Positions 16,208 to 24,691 of a DNA stretch of 59,143 bases are shown one piece after another; positions within the stretch are counted from its first letter, which is position 1; every line of letters starts with the position of its first letter. The position numbers and the translations under genes were made by a program. The notes under the pieces are model-generated. The model was given only the letters and a program-made list of their open reading frames with translations, did not search any database and was not told the DNA's origin. This DNA is from Acidimicrobiia bacterium (GTDB taxonomy: Bacteria; Actinomycetota; Acidimicrobiia; Spongiisociales; ZC4RG35): assembly GCA_035281425.1 (NCBI GenBank), contig DATEDX010000084.1, forward strand, positions 1-59,143, written 5' to 3'.

Positions 16208-16803
16208 TGGTCGACCGAGAGCCCACCACCAGAGAGGTGATCATGGAGGCGGCATTGCAGACCCTTCGCCACGAGGGCTCCGCCGGGGCCAGTGCCCGAA
16301 GCATCGCCGCTCGGGGCGGGTTCAACCAGGCGCTGATCTTCTACCACTTCGGCTCGCTCGAGAAGCTGTTCATCGAGGCCGCGGACCGCGCTTCGGCCAG
16401 ACAGGTCGATCGTTATCGGGAGGCGGCCCAGGGAGTCACTACCTTGTCGGGGCTGGTGGACCTGGCCCGCCGGCTTCACCACGACGACCAAGAGTCGGGA
16501 GCGGTGACCATCGTCACTCAGCTGATGGCCTCGGCTGTGTCCCATCCCGAGTTGGGAAGAGCAGTGCTGAGTGGATTCCGACGCTGGATCGATCTGGTCG
16601 AGGAACTGGTGGAAGGCTCACTTGAGGGGAGCCCTTTGGCGGCGATGATCCCGAAGCGGCAGGCCGCCTATGCCATCGCCGCCGTCTTCCTGGGGATGGA
16701 GCTGATGACCGGTCTGGATCCAACTCAGTCCGAGGCCGAAGCGACCCTGGAAGCGATGGGTTCACTCGCTGCTGTGTTCGAGTCCTGGTTCGGCACCGCC
16801 TGA
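16207..16803 (+). CDS. TetR/AcrR family transcriptional regulator
   Basis: Internal ATG (codon 143) of track ORF 15781..16803. HTH SARSIAARGGFNQALIFYHFGSLEKL. The upstream part of the ORF overlaps the membrane gene in another frame. Confidence 0.85.
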   Translation: MVDREPTTREVIMEAALQTLRHEGSAGASARSIAARGGFNQALIFYHFGSLEKLFIEAADRASARQVDRYREAAQGVTTLSGLVDLARRLHHDDQESGAVTIVTQLMASAVSHPELGRAVLSGFRRWIDLVEELVEGSLEGSPLAAMIPKRQAAYAIAAVFLGMELMTGLDPTQSEAEATLEAMGSLAAVFESWFGTA

Positions 16804-17553
16804 CGGTTCCAGCATCGCCGTCACTTCCGGCGCCTGGTCGACAACTTCGGCGGAGGAGCGCCGATCGGAGACGAGACGATAAGCGACCACTCCTGCCACC
16901 ACCAAGGCCAAAGCCAGGGCACCAAACAGGATCCCCGGAATCCCTCCCCCTCGACGGGATTCGGCAAACATGTCCACCCCGGAGAGGTCGTCTTCGAAGA
17001 GACGCCAGGTGACGGTGCGATCGACTAGTTCTCCGTTGTGCTCGATCACTTCCCCGGGGAAGGTCACCGACACCCGGGCGTCGAACTCAAGAAGCCCGAA
17101 CACTTCCTCGATGGCCACCCCATCAACCTCTTGCCCTTCGGCACCAGGGATGGAGCCTTCGAAGCGGATCGTCTCGCCAGTGTCGGTGATCGACACTCCC
17201 TGCAGCGCCGGGCCCTCCTCGCCGCCGCCCAGCGGGGGCGCCTCGGTGAGGGCATCGTGCAGCTCCTCGAAGCTGGAGAAGGTGCGGGTAACCGTGATCC
17301 CCTCCACGTCGCCGTCGACGAATGGCGTCACCGTCCACCCGTCGGCGGCGGCCTCTCCCTCGATATCGCTAAAGACTTGGCCACCTTCGCCGGATTCGGC
17401 CATGAAGTCTCGGAGTTGTTCGTCGAATCCGATGCTGAACTCGACCACTCCTGCCTCGGGGTCGGTGAGATCGATGTCGACCCAGGTGCGCATCTCGCAG
17501 GCGGAGAGGAGGACCGCCGCGACCAGCAGCAACAAGCGGGGTGCGGATTTCAC
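16762..17553 (-). CDS. hypothetical lipoprotein with C-terminal TM anchor (possibly LppM/DUF3153-like)
   Basis: Lipobox LLSAC. Acidic extracellular domain. C-terminal helix GILFGALALALVVAGVVAY. Family call is a weak guess. Confidence 0.5.
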   Translation of the reverse strand: MKSAPRLLLLVAAVLLSACEMRTWVDIDLTDPEAGVVEFSIGFDEQLRDFMAESGEGGQVFSDIEGEAAADGWTVTPFVDGDVEGITVTRTFSSFEELHDALTEAPPLGGGEEGPALQGVSITDTGETIRFEGSIPGAEGQEVDGVAIEEVFGLLEFDARVSVTFPGEVIEHNGELVDRTVTWRLFEDDLSGVDMFAESRRGGGIPGILFGALALALVVAGVVAYRLVSDRRSSAEVVDQAPEVTAMLEPSGGAEPGLEHSSE

Positions 17554-17603
17554 CCCATCACCCTATCTCGGGAGCGGGACTCCACAACCCCGCTTGCTGC
17601 CAG

Positions 17604-18410
17604 TCAGCGTCGTCTGGTGCTAGTGACTAAGAATCCGGCAATCCAGTCTTGGGCGTGCTCGGTGTCGACCCGGTAGTAGTAGCCGGCTCCAACACAGAAC
17701 TCGTTGAGCACGAATGACCCAACCCCTACCACCGTCCGGGAAGAGTCCCCGCCCAGGAAGGCCGGGCCTCCTGAATCACCGAAACAGGCACCGCCCGAGT
17801 TCTTCCCGCTGTTGGATGAGAAGTGGATGTTCCACCCGTCGGAAAGGGCACTTTCCAATTCGACCAGCATTGGATGACCCTTGTAGCGGGCCCGGTCGGC
17901 CTGAAGCTGGGTCAGGGTGTTCTGAAGCCCATATCCAACTATGGTGAATTCCTGGCCGGCGCGGGGCTTTTTGGCCGCGTCATCCAGGGTTCCCACGGCC
18001 GCCAGTTGGCCCAAGGGCAGGCCGCTCACCGCCTCGTCGAGCACCACCACCCCCACATCAGATGTGTTAGGGAAGGTGGCGAAGTCGTCGTAGGCGGGAT
18101 GGGTGTAGGGGGTGCCGTCGACGGCTTCCCCTCCACTGAACGGGTAACTCGGATCGTTCACTTCCTCGTCGAACCACACCCGGGCGGCGTCGGTGCCGAA
18201 GGTGCAATGGCCGGCGGTGAGGAGAACTCGGTCTGAGATCAGCGTCCCCGAACACCGATGAGAGGGAGCGCCGTCGACGTCGAATACCACCAATCCCACT
18301 TGGGGGTGGGCCCCGTCGTCAGGTTCTCCCCAGATCACTGCCAGCGCCGGTAGCGCCAGGCCGACAACCAAGATGATGGCCAGTACGGCAATCACCGATT
18401 GCTTCCGCAT
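17604..18410 (-). CDS. secreted trypsin-like serine protease (S1 family)
   Basis: Signal peptide. CSGTLISDRVLLTAGHC (His) and CFGDSGGP (Ser) motifs. Confidence 0.85.
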   Translation of the reverse strand: MRKQSVIAVLAIILVVGLALPALAVIWGEPDDGAHPQVGLVVFDVDGAPSHRCSGTLISDRVLLTAGHCTFGTDAARVWFDEEVNDPSYPFSGGEAVDGTPYTHPAYDDFATFPNTSDVGVVVLDEAVSGLPLGQLAAVGTLDDAAKKPRAGQEFTIVGYGLQNTLTQLQADRARYKGHPMLVELESALSDGWNIHFSSNSGKNSGGACFGDSGGPAFLGGDSSRTVVGVGSFVLNEFCVGAGYYYRVDTEHAQDWIAGFLVTSTRRR

Positions 18411-18482
18411 GCTTCCTCCCTCGCTTGCGTGGCCACCAGAGGCTACCGAGGGCGGTGGAGCTAGCTCAAACGGGGCGGGCGT

Positions 18483-18935
18483 CTAAGGCTCTACGACCAC
18501 CTGGCCCGACATGAAGTCGGGGTGGAAGCGGCAGTAGTAAGGGAACTCCCCTGCTTCGCTAAAGGTCACCACCACCGGCGCTTCCTCGGCGATGGCCTGG
18601 TTCCAACGGCCGTCGGGGGTGCCGGTCCCGGAGGTAGTGGTATGGCTTCCCGACGACAGATTCCAGCGCACGCTGTCGCCGACTTTGATCGTCACCACCG
18701 AAGGGTTGAAGGCGAAGTCCTCGGCGAAGACGTCCACCACCTCGCCACCCTCACCACCTGTCGTGGTGGTCGAGGGCGCTTCGGTCGTGGTGGGAGAAGC
18801 AGTAGTCGTGGGGGAAGCAGCGGTGGTGGTAGCGGCGGAGGTTTGGGTGGTTTCGGCGCCGGTGGTCTCCGTCACCTGTCCTCCACATGCCACCGTCAGC
18901 ACCGCCACCAGGCTCAAGATCACAGTCGGTTTCAT
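18483..18935 (-). CDS. cupredoxin-like blue copper lipoprotein (amicyanin/plastocyanin-like)
   Basis: Lipobox LTVAC, Thr-rich linker, then SGSHTT ... YYCRFHPDFM copper-ligand pattern (H...C-x2-H-x3-M). Confidence 0.75.
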   Translation of the reverse strand: MKPTVILSLVAVLTVACGGQVTETTGAETTQTSAATTTAASPTTTASPTTTEAPSTTTTGGEGGEVVDVFAEDFAFNPSVVTIKVGDSVRWNLSSGSHTTTSGTGTPDGRWNQAIAEEAPVVVTFSEAGEFPYYCRFHPDFMSGQVVVEP

Positions 18936-18995
18936 CGCCGCACAGTACGCAGGTGAGGCGTCGCCGGGTTCATATTCTGATTAGCTTGTCGGTCC

Positions 18996-19430
18996 GTGGA
19001 TCCCATGGACTTGGCCGTGGAAGAGGCCCGCTTCGGCTTGGAGGAGGGCGGCATACCCATTGGGTCGGTGCTGACCGTGGACGGTGAAGTCATCGGCCGG
19101 GGTCATAACCGGCGGGTTCAGATGGGAAGCGTCGTGCTCCACGCCGAAATGGATGCCCTGGAAAACGCTGGCCGGCTGCCTGCCTCCACCTATCAGCAGG
19201 CGACGCTCTATTCGACCCTCTCACCATGTGACATGTGCTCGGGCGCAGCTCTGCTTTACGGCATCCCCCGCATCGTGGTCGGTGAAAACCACACCTTCCG
19301 GGGACCGGAAGGATGGCTGCGCTCTCGAGGGGTCGATGTAGTGGTCCTGGACCGGGTCGACTGCATGCGGATGATGGAAGAGTTCATCAAGGCCAATCCA
19401 GACCTTTGGTTCGAAGACATCGGCGAGTAA
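18996..19430 (+). CDS. cytosine deaminase, CDA-fold (yeast Fcy1-type)
   Basis: HAEMDALENAG and PCDMCSGA zinc motifs. C-terminal NPDLWFEDIGE mirrors the Fcy1 C-terminus as I recall it. Confidence 0.75.
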   Translation: MDPMDLAVEEARFGLEEGGIPIGSVLTVDGEVIGRGHNRRVQMGSVVLHAEMDALENAGRLPASTYQQATLYSTLSPCDMCSGAALLYGIPRIVVGENHTFRGPEGWLRSRGVDVVVLDRVDCMRMMEEFIKANPDLWFEDIGE

Positions 19431-19461
19431 CGCCCGACCAGGGTCTCACTCCGTCACTCCC

Positions 19462-19902
19462 TTAACGGGGATAAAGGATCAACTGGGTATTGCGAAAGAG
19501 GGCGACCGTCTTACCGGTCTCCTCGGCAGTGACGGTGGCATCCCACACCTGAGTGGTGCGCCCGCCGTGAACCATCTCGGCCGTCGCAACCATCCCTCCC
19601 GATCGCAGAGTGCTGAGGTGGTTCGACTTCAATTCGATGGTGGTGAATCCGGTCGCCCTGGGAGGAAGGGAAGCCACCGTCCCGTATCCGGCCGCAGTGT
19701 CGGCCAGGGCAATAACGGAGGCGGCATGAAGGAAACCGTTGGAAGCTTCGTGTTTCTGCCCAACGTCGAGTCGCATCGTGCAAATGCCTGCCGCTAGCGA
19801 GATCAACTCGATGCCGAGCAAGCCGGGCAAACGCGGCTTCCCGGCCTCCTCCAAGAAAGCGGTCAACTGAGCAGGGTCGGGGGGAAACACGGGGGATGAC
19901 AT
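19462..19902 (-). CDS. PaaI-family hotdog-fold thioesterase
   Basis: GFLHAASVIALADTAAGYG ... HGGRTTQVWDATV pattern of PaaI/YigI-type thioesterases. Confidence 0.75.
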   Translation of the reverse strand: MSSPVFPPDPAQLTAFLEEAGKPRLPGLLGIELISLAAGICTMRLDVGQKHEASNGFLHAASVIALADTAAGYGTVASLPPRATGFTTIELKSNHLSTLRSGGMVATAEMVHGGRTTQVWDATVTAEETGKTVALFRNTQLILYPR

Positions 19903-19933
19903 GGCCGCACTCTGGCAGACCTAGCCTGGAGAT

Positions 19934-20167
19934 GTGGACGTCGCCGCCGCGGTGGTTGCCTTCGTCTTCGGGGTCTTAGTGGGCTTGGGCCTGGGCCGCT
20001 ACTGGTCCGAGCGACGGGTCGTCATGCTCTCGATGGCGATCACTTTGATCATCGGAGGAGCCACCTGGCTGGTCGATCCCGTCCATGTCGCCGGCCCTTC
20101 CCTCACCATCGGCGGGGCAGCGCTCCTCCTGGGAGCTGCGGTCACACCCCGCTTGCGATCGTCGTGA
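19934..20167 (+). CDS. small membrane protein, hypothetical
   Basis: 77 aa, 2-3 hydrophobic helices. 4-nt overlap with the next gene. Confidence 0.4.
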   Translation: MDVAAAVVAFVFGVLVGLGLGRYWSERRVVMLSMAITLIIGGATWLVDPVHVAGPSLTIGGAALLLGAAVTPRLRSS

Positions 20168-20571
20168 AAGATCCGGTCGAAGAACAGATCGAAGAGGCCA
20201 TCAGCCGGGGCGACTTCGACCATCTTCCGGGAAAGGGAAAGCCACTACCCAGGGGTGACGACGGACCGGGTTGGTGGGCGAGAAGGAAGGTCGCCGAGTT
20301 GCGCCGTGAGGAGCGCATCGAAGCTTTCGCCGGCGAGATCGAGGAGCGAGTGGGTCAGCTCTGGACCCTCCCCCGGGAAAGCGAGGTGCGGGCGGCCGTC
20401 GAGCATTTGAACGATGAGATCAACGCTTTCAATTCGCCTCTGGCGGATGCTGAGAAGCTTGAGTTGGTCGACCCCGAGGCGACCGTGGGGGTTTGGCGTC
20501 GGATGTGGAGGATGAGAGGGGAGACGGAAGACGGGAGACGGAAGACGGAAGACGGGAGACGTGAGTGGTGA
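20164..20571 (+). CDS. DUF1992 (DnaJ-C28-like) domain protein
   Basis: EEQIEEAISRGDFDHLPGKGKPLP N-terminal signature. The last about 17 codons and the TGA stop lie inside the heptamer array. Confidence 0.7.
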   Translation: MKDPVEEQIEEAISRGDFDHLPGKGKPLPRGDDGPGWWARRKVAELRREERIEAFAGEIEERVGQLWTLPRESEVRAAVEHLNDEINAFNSPLADAEKLELVDPEATVGVWRRMWRMRGETEDGRRKTEDGRREW

Positions 20572-20815
20572 GTGGTGAGTGGTGAGTCGGAAGACGGAAG
20601 ACGTGGGACGGGAGCCGCTAGACGTGAGAACGAAAGACGAAGTCGACCCCCCTCCCCCCTTCGGGGTACTCCCCCCAACGTCGGCCCTGACGGGCCTCCT
20701 GGGGGGAGAAGACCGGACTTCCTCCCCTAGGAGAGAAGCGAGCCTTCCTCCCCCAGGAGCGAAGCGCCCGTTGGGGAGGTGGCGCTGAAGGCGACGGAAG
20801 GGGCTCCGCCAGGAG
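20521..20815 (+). repeat. composite intergenic repeat, copy A: 18 heptanucleotide units + hairpin-forming CTTCCTCCCC-AGGAG-GAAGCG units + GGGGAGGTGGCGC module
   Basis: 7-nt periodicity 20521-20646 (GAGACGG AAGACGG ... GAGACGT GAGTGGT x3 ...). 20744-20766 CTTCCTCCCCCAGGAGCGAAGCG recurs reverse-complemented at 40749-40771. Confidence 0.8.
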
Positions 20816-20825
20816 TCAGGAACTG

Positions 20826-21179
20826 TCACCGGTAGGCGTGGGCAGCGAGGTCGCTCAGGGCGGCGAACTCGAGGGTGGCGGCATGGGTCGCCTCCAGGAT
20901 TACTGGCGGGGCCAGCCCGGCCTCCAGAGCCTCCACCCAGCGCGAAGCGCACAGACACCAGCGCTCACCTGGCTGCAGCCCGGGAAAGCCAAACCGAGGA
21001 GTGGAGAGATCGTTGCCCCGAGAAAAACTGAACTCCAAGAACTCAGCCGTCATCACCGCACACACGGTATGGACCCCGATGTCGTCGGAACCGGTCTCAC
21101 AACATCCATCCCGGTAAAAACCGGTTAGAGGGTCGTAAGAGCAGCTCTCGAGGTCGGTTCCCAGAACGTTCTTGGCCAC
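20826..21179 (-). CDS. DUF2237 family protein
   Basis: NVLGTDLE.CS.DP.TGFYRDGCC.TG..D.G.H.VCA.MT.EFL.FS...GNDLSTP, typical of DUF2237. Confidence 0.75.
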   Translation of the reverse strand: MAKNVLGTDLESCSYDPLTGFYRDGCCETGSDDIGVHTVCAVMTAEFLEFSFSRGNDLSTPRFGFPGLQPGERWCLCASRWVEALEAGLAPPVILEATHAATLEFAALSDLAAHAYR

Positions 21180-21200
21180 CTTCCTAGAGTAGAAGGCGGC

Positions 21201-22196
21201 TCACCCCAAAGCTTTACGGATAGTGGACTCGATCCGGTCGACCGAGGGAATGGCCAGATCTTCGAGTGACTCGGCGGCGGGCAGGGGAATGTGAGGCGTG
21301 GTGATCCGCACCACCGGCCCGTCGAGATCCCAGAACGCTTCTTCGGTGACGAGCGACGAGATCTCCGCCCCCCACCCACAGAGGCGGGGGTTCTCCTCCA
21401 CCGTGAACAGCCGGCTGGTCTTGGCGACTGATCTGAGCACCGCCTGGGCGTCGAGGGGCACCAGCGAGCGTAGGTCGATCACCTCCACTTCGATGCCGTC
21501 GGCGGCTAGGCGCTCGGCTGCCTCCAGTGCCCGCGGGACCATCAGGGCCAAGGCGACGAGGGTGAGGTCGGCTCCCTCCCTCACTACCCGAGCTTCTCCC
21601 AGCCTTCCCACCAGTTCCCCGTCCGGGACTTCGCCTTTGGTGGCAAGGAGAGACTTGTGTTCGAAGAACACCACCGGGTCGGGATCTCGCACCGAGGCCG
21701 CCATCAAAGCCACCACATCGGTCGGGGTTGATGGCGCCACCACCTTCAGCCCCGGGATCATCATGCACCAGTTCTCCACCGACTGGGAATGCTGCGCGCC
21801 GAAGCGGGACCCGCCCCCGTTGTGGGTGCGAATCACGATCGGGATGGTGAACTGGCCTCCGGTCATGTAGCGGCTCTTGGCGATTTCGTTGGCCACCAAG
21901 TCCCAGCACACCGCCAAGAAATCCGAGAACATGATCTCGGCGATGACCGGAATGCCGGTCATGGCCGCTCCCATCGCCGCACCCAAGATCGCCTGCTCCG
22001 AGATGGGGGTGTCTCGGATCCGGCCCGGCCCGAACTCGTCCAAGAGGCCCACCGTGGTCTTGAACACCCCTCCGGCTCCGGCGATGTCCTCTCCCAGCAT
22101 CACCAGGTTGGGGTCGCGGTGCATCTCCTGCGCGATGCCGTATGCCACCGCCTCCCGGTAGGTCAGTTCCGCCACGACGAACCTCCGTCGGCCCAC
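21201..22196 (-). CDS. 2-oxoacid dehydrogenase E1 component, beta subunit (transketolase-like)
   Basis: LTYREAV..GI.QEM.RDP.V...GEDI...GGVFK.T.GL...FG..R..DTPISE. Start uncertain (GTG 22196 or GTG 22175); either overlaps the alpha-subunit stop. Confidence 0.85.
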   Translation of the reverse strand: MGRRRFVVAELTYREAVAYGIAQEMHRDPNLVMLGEDIAGAGGVFKTTVGLLDEFGPGRIRDTPISEQAILGAAMGAAMTGIPVIAEIMFSDFLAVCWDLVANEIAKSRYMTGGQFTIPIVIRTHNGGGSRFGAQHSQSVENWCMMIPGLKVVAPSTPTDVVALMAASVRDPDPVVFFEHKSLLATKGEVPDGELVGRLGEARVVREGADLTLVALALMVPRALEAAERLAADGIEVEVIDLRSLVPLDAQAVLRSVAKTSRLFTVEENPRLCGWGAEISSLVTEEAFWDLDGPVVRITTPHIPLPAAESLEDLAIPSVDRIESTIRKALG

Positions 22197-23242
22197 ACAT
22201 CGGTGTGGAGATACTCTTCCCCCGGAAGTGCTCCCGCTTTGGCGAACTCAGTGGCTTCGTCTACCCGGGCCGCCACCTCCTTGACGATCTCGGACAGCTT
22301 GGCTTCGGGGACGCCGAGGCGCAGCAAGCGCTGGTGGTACATCGGCAAAGGATCACGCTCCAACCAGGCCGCCAGCTCCTCCGCCGGTCGGTATTTCCCG
22401 GGATCGGCCCGGCTGTGGCCTCCATGGCGGTAGGTGACCGCTTCGACCAGCGAGGGTCCCTCTCCTCGCCGAGCCCGGGCGAGCACCGTCTGGGCAGTGA
22501 CGTAGACCTCGTCGGCGTCGTTGCCGTCGATGAGTATCGGCTCAAGCCCGTAGGCCGGCGCTCTTCCCGCTGCCGGATGGCTCACGGCGGTGACCAGGTC
22601 GATGGGCGTGTACTCCATATAGAGGTTGTTTTCGCAGACAAAGACCACGGGCAGCTTCCAGATCACTGCCAGATTGAGAGCCTCATGAAAGGCCCCGATG
22701 TTGGTGGTCCCGTCACCAAAGAAGGCCACTGCCACTTGGTCGGTGCCCCGCAACTGAGCCGACCAAGCGGCGCCGTTGGCTACACAGAGATGGGCCCCAA
22801 TGATGGCGTAGCTGCCCATCATCCCGTGCTCAACCGAAGTGAGGTGCATTGATCCACCCTTACCTCGAAGGATGCCGTTCTGGCGTCCCAGCAATTCGGC
22901 TAGAACCGGCCCCAGCGGCGCCCCCCGGGCCAGGGTGTGGGCGTGCCCCCGGTAAGTGGCAAAGGTGTAATCACCGGGTCGCATGGCCCGAGCAAATCCG
23001 GTAGCGATGGCCTCCATCCCCAGCGAAAGGTGGGAGGTTCCCTTGACCAGGTTCTGCATGAAGAGGTCGTAGGCGCGTTTTTCGAACTGGCGCAGCACCT
23101 GTTGAACCTCGAACATCTCCACCCGGGTCTCGAGGGGGATGCCCAAGCGGTCGTTGGCTTCGTCGAGCGGGCGGGGGAGGCGAGGGGGGCGTTGGGCGTA
23201 GTCCAAGAGCCCGGGGTCCGCCCCGTCAGCGGTGGTGCTCAT
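22163..23242 (-). CDS. 2-oxoacid dehydrogenase E1 component, alpha subunit (TPP-binding)
   Basis: YRGH.H.LA.G; GKGGSMH; FFGDGTTNIGAFHEALN.A..W.LPVVFVCENN TPP motif. Its ATG shares a base with the upstream gene's TGA (TGATG at 23244-23240). Confidence 0.85.
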   Translation of the reverse strand: MSTTADGADPGLLDYAQRPPRLPRPLDEANDRLGIPLETRVEMFEVQQVLRQFEKRAYDLFMQNLVKGTSHLSLGMEAIATGFARAMRPGDYTFATYRGHAHTLARGAPLGPVLAELLGRQNGILRGKGGSMHLTSVEHGMMGSYAIIGAHLCVANGAAWSAQLRGTDQVAVAFFGDGTTNIGAFHEALNLAVIWKLPVVFVCENNLYMEYTPIDLVTAVSHPAAGRAPAYGLEPILIDGNDADEVYVTAQTVLARARRGEGPSLVEAVTYRHGGHSRADPGKYRPAEELAAWLERDPLPMYHQRLLRLGVPEAKLSEIVKEVAARVDEATEFAKAGALPGEEYLHTDVWADGGSSWRN

Positions 23243-24510
23243 CAGTATTGGTTCGCCACCATCAGTTCCTCACAAGGGAACAGGGTGGTGACCTTGGGGC
23301 CGTCGGCTGTAACCACCATCATCTCCTCGATCCGCGCCGCCGAACGGCCGTCTTTGGCCGGAGCGTAAGTTTCCAGGGCAAAGTACATCCCCTCGCGGAT
23401 CTCGATGGGGTCGTTGAGCGAATTGAGACGGCTGATGATGGGGCGTTCATGCAAGCCCACGCCAACGCCGTGACCGAACTGGAGTCCGAAGGCATCCATC
23501 TCGTCCGCGAATCCGAAGTCCTCCGCTTTGGGCCAGACTTTGGCGATCATGTCGGTGGTGTTGCCGGGGCGGACCAGTTCGATCCCGGCATCCATCCACT
23601 CCCGTGCTTGGCGGAAGGCGTCCCGCTGGGCCTGGGTGGCCCGACCGACCACGAAGGTGCGGTAATAGCACGTGCGGTAGCCGTTGTAGGCATGAATGAT
23701 GTCGAAATAGGCCTGATCTCCGGGGCGGATGATGCGGTCACTGAACACATGCGGATGGGGGGAGCATCGTTCGCCGGCGATCGAGTTGATCGCCTCCACG
23801 AACTCCGAGCCCATCTCGAAGAGGCGAGCATGGGCCAGACCCACGATGTCGCTTTCTCGCACGCCCGGCTTCAGGTTTTCGAAAATGTCTTGGTAGACCC
23901 CATCGACCATCGCCGAAGCCTGGGAGAGAAGCACGATCTCGTCCGGACTCTTGATCTCTCGGGCCATCATCATCGCCTGTTGCCCGTCGGTGACGGTCAG
24001 CCCCTCCTTCTGCAGGGCCAGGAAGACCGAGGTCTCCGCCATGTCCACTCCCAACGGCTCTCCTCCTACTCCCTCCTCACGAAGGGCGGCGGCGATCTCT
24101 TGGGCGGCTCGAGCATGGAGGCCGGCCTCGGGGCCGATGGCCCCCTGCAGGCCGGTGTTGCCACCGATGGAGTTCTCGGTGTCGTAAAGGTGGGGGAGTT
24201 GCAGCCGGTGGGCCTTGGCGGCAGAGCCGAAGTCCCAGATCCGGGGCCGCCCGTGGCGGGTGATGAGGGCCCAGCGTTCACCTTTGTTGAAGGCCCAGTA
24301 GCCGATCTGAGTGGCGGTGGCATAACGGATATTGGAGGTCTCGAAGAGGAGCAGCGCTCCCAATCCGTGGGCGTCGAGTTGGCGGCGGACCCGTTCCAAG
24401 CGATGGGTGCGGAGCCGTTCGAAGTCGACCCTTTCCTCCCAATCAACCCCCATCACCCCCGGAGCCCGGGTAGTCGCTACCGGAAACTCATCAGCGTTGT
24501 TGTCAGCCAC
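23242..24510 (-). CDS. M24-family metallohydrolase (creatinase/Xaa-Pro peptidase-like)
   Basis: Creatinase_N-like N-domain and pita-bread C-domain (HGVGVGLHE, YFALE). GTG 24510 preferred over the track start 24717 because GGAGGAG lies 8-9 nt upstream. Confidence 0.75.
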   Translation of the reverse strand: MADNNADEFPVATTRAPGVMGVDWEERVDFERLRTHRLERVRRQLDAHGLGALLLFETSNIRYATATQIGYWAFNKGERWALITRHGRPRIWDFGSAAKAHRLQLPHLYDTENSIGGNTGLQGAIGPEAGLHARAAQEIAAALREEGVGGEPLGVDMAETSVFLALQKEGLTVTDGQQAMMMAREIKSPDEIVLLSQASAMVDGVYQDIFENLKPGVRESDIVGLAHARLFEMGSEFVEAINSIAGERCSPHPHVFSDRIIRPGDQAYFDIIHAYNGYRTCYYRTFVVGRATQAQRDAFRQAREWMDAGIELVRPGNTTDMIAKVWPKAEDFGFADEMDAFGLQFGHGVGVGLHERPIISRLNSLNDPIEIREGMYFALETYAPAKDGRSAARIEEMMVVTADGPKVTTLFPCEELMVANQY

Positions 24511-24557
24511 GACGGCCTCTCCTCCACTCGGTATTCGGCACTGCCCAACCGCTTCGG

Positions 24558-24567
24558 CAAACGTTTG
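24558..24567. promoter_or_regulatory. candidate LacI-family operator half-pair (perfect palindrome CAAACGTTTG)
   Basis: 10-bp perfect palindrome with the AACGTT core typical of LacI/GalR operators. Lies in the divergent M24 / bicupin intergenic region. Confidence 0.35.
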
Positions 24568-24647
24568 GATTCTGTGATGGCAGCATCCGGGTGTCAACCT
24601 GTTGCGGCCAAGGTAATACGCCTCTATCGTCGCCGACAGCCAAAATG

Positions 24648-24657
24648 CAAGCGTTTG
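24648..24657. promoter_or_regulatory. second, imperfect LacI-type operator-like site (CAAGCGTTTG)
   Basis: 8/10 palindromic. Lies 35 nt upstream of the bicupin ATG. Confidence 0.25.
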
Positions 24658-24691
24658 TCTGCCCCTGCCTGGGCAGGTTTCCAACACCGCC

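Noticed and set aside
16762-16803. 42-nt convergent overlap of the TetR gene and the lipoprotein gene as a sign of a mis-called gene
   Set aside because: Both reading frames have convincing N-terminal features (an HTH and a lipobox). The overlap only involves poorly conserved C-terminal tails. I kept both genes but with modest confidence for the lipoprotein end.
20521-20646. The heptamer arrays (also 40774-40815) and the REP copies as a CRISPR array
   Set aside because: The units are 7 nt with no spacers. The REP copies are single palindromes kilobases apart. There are no cas genes.
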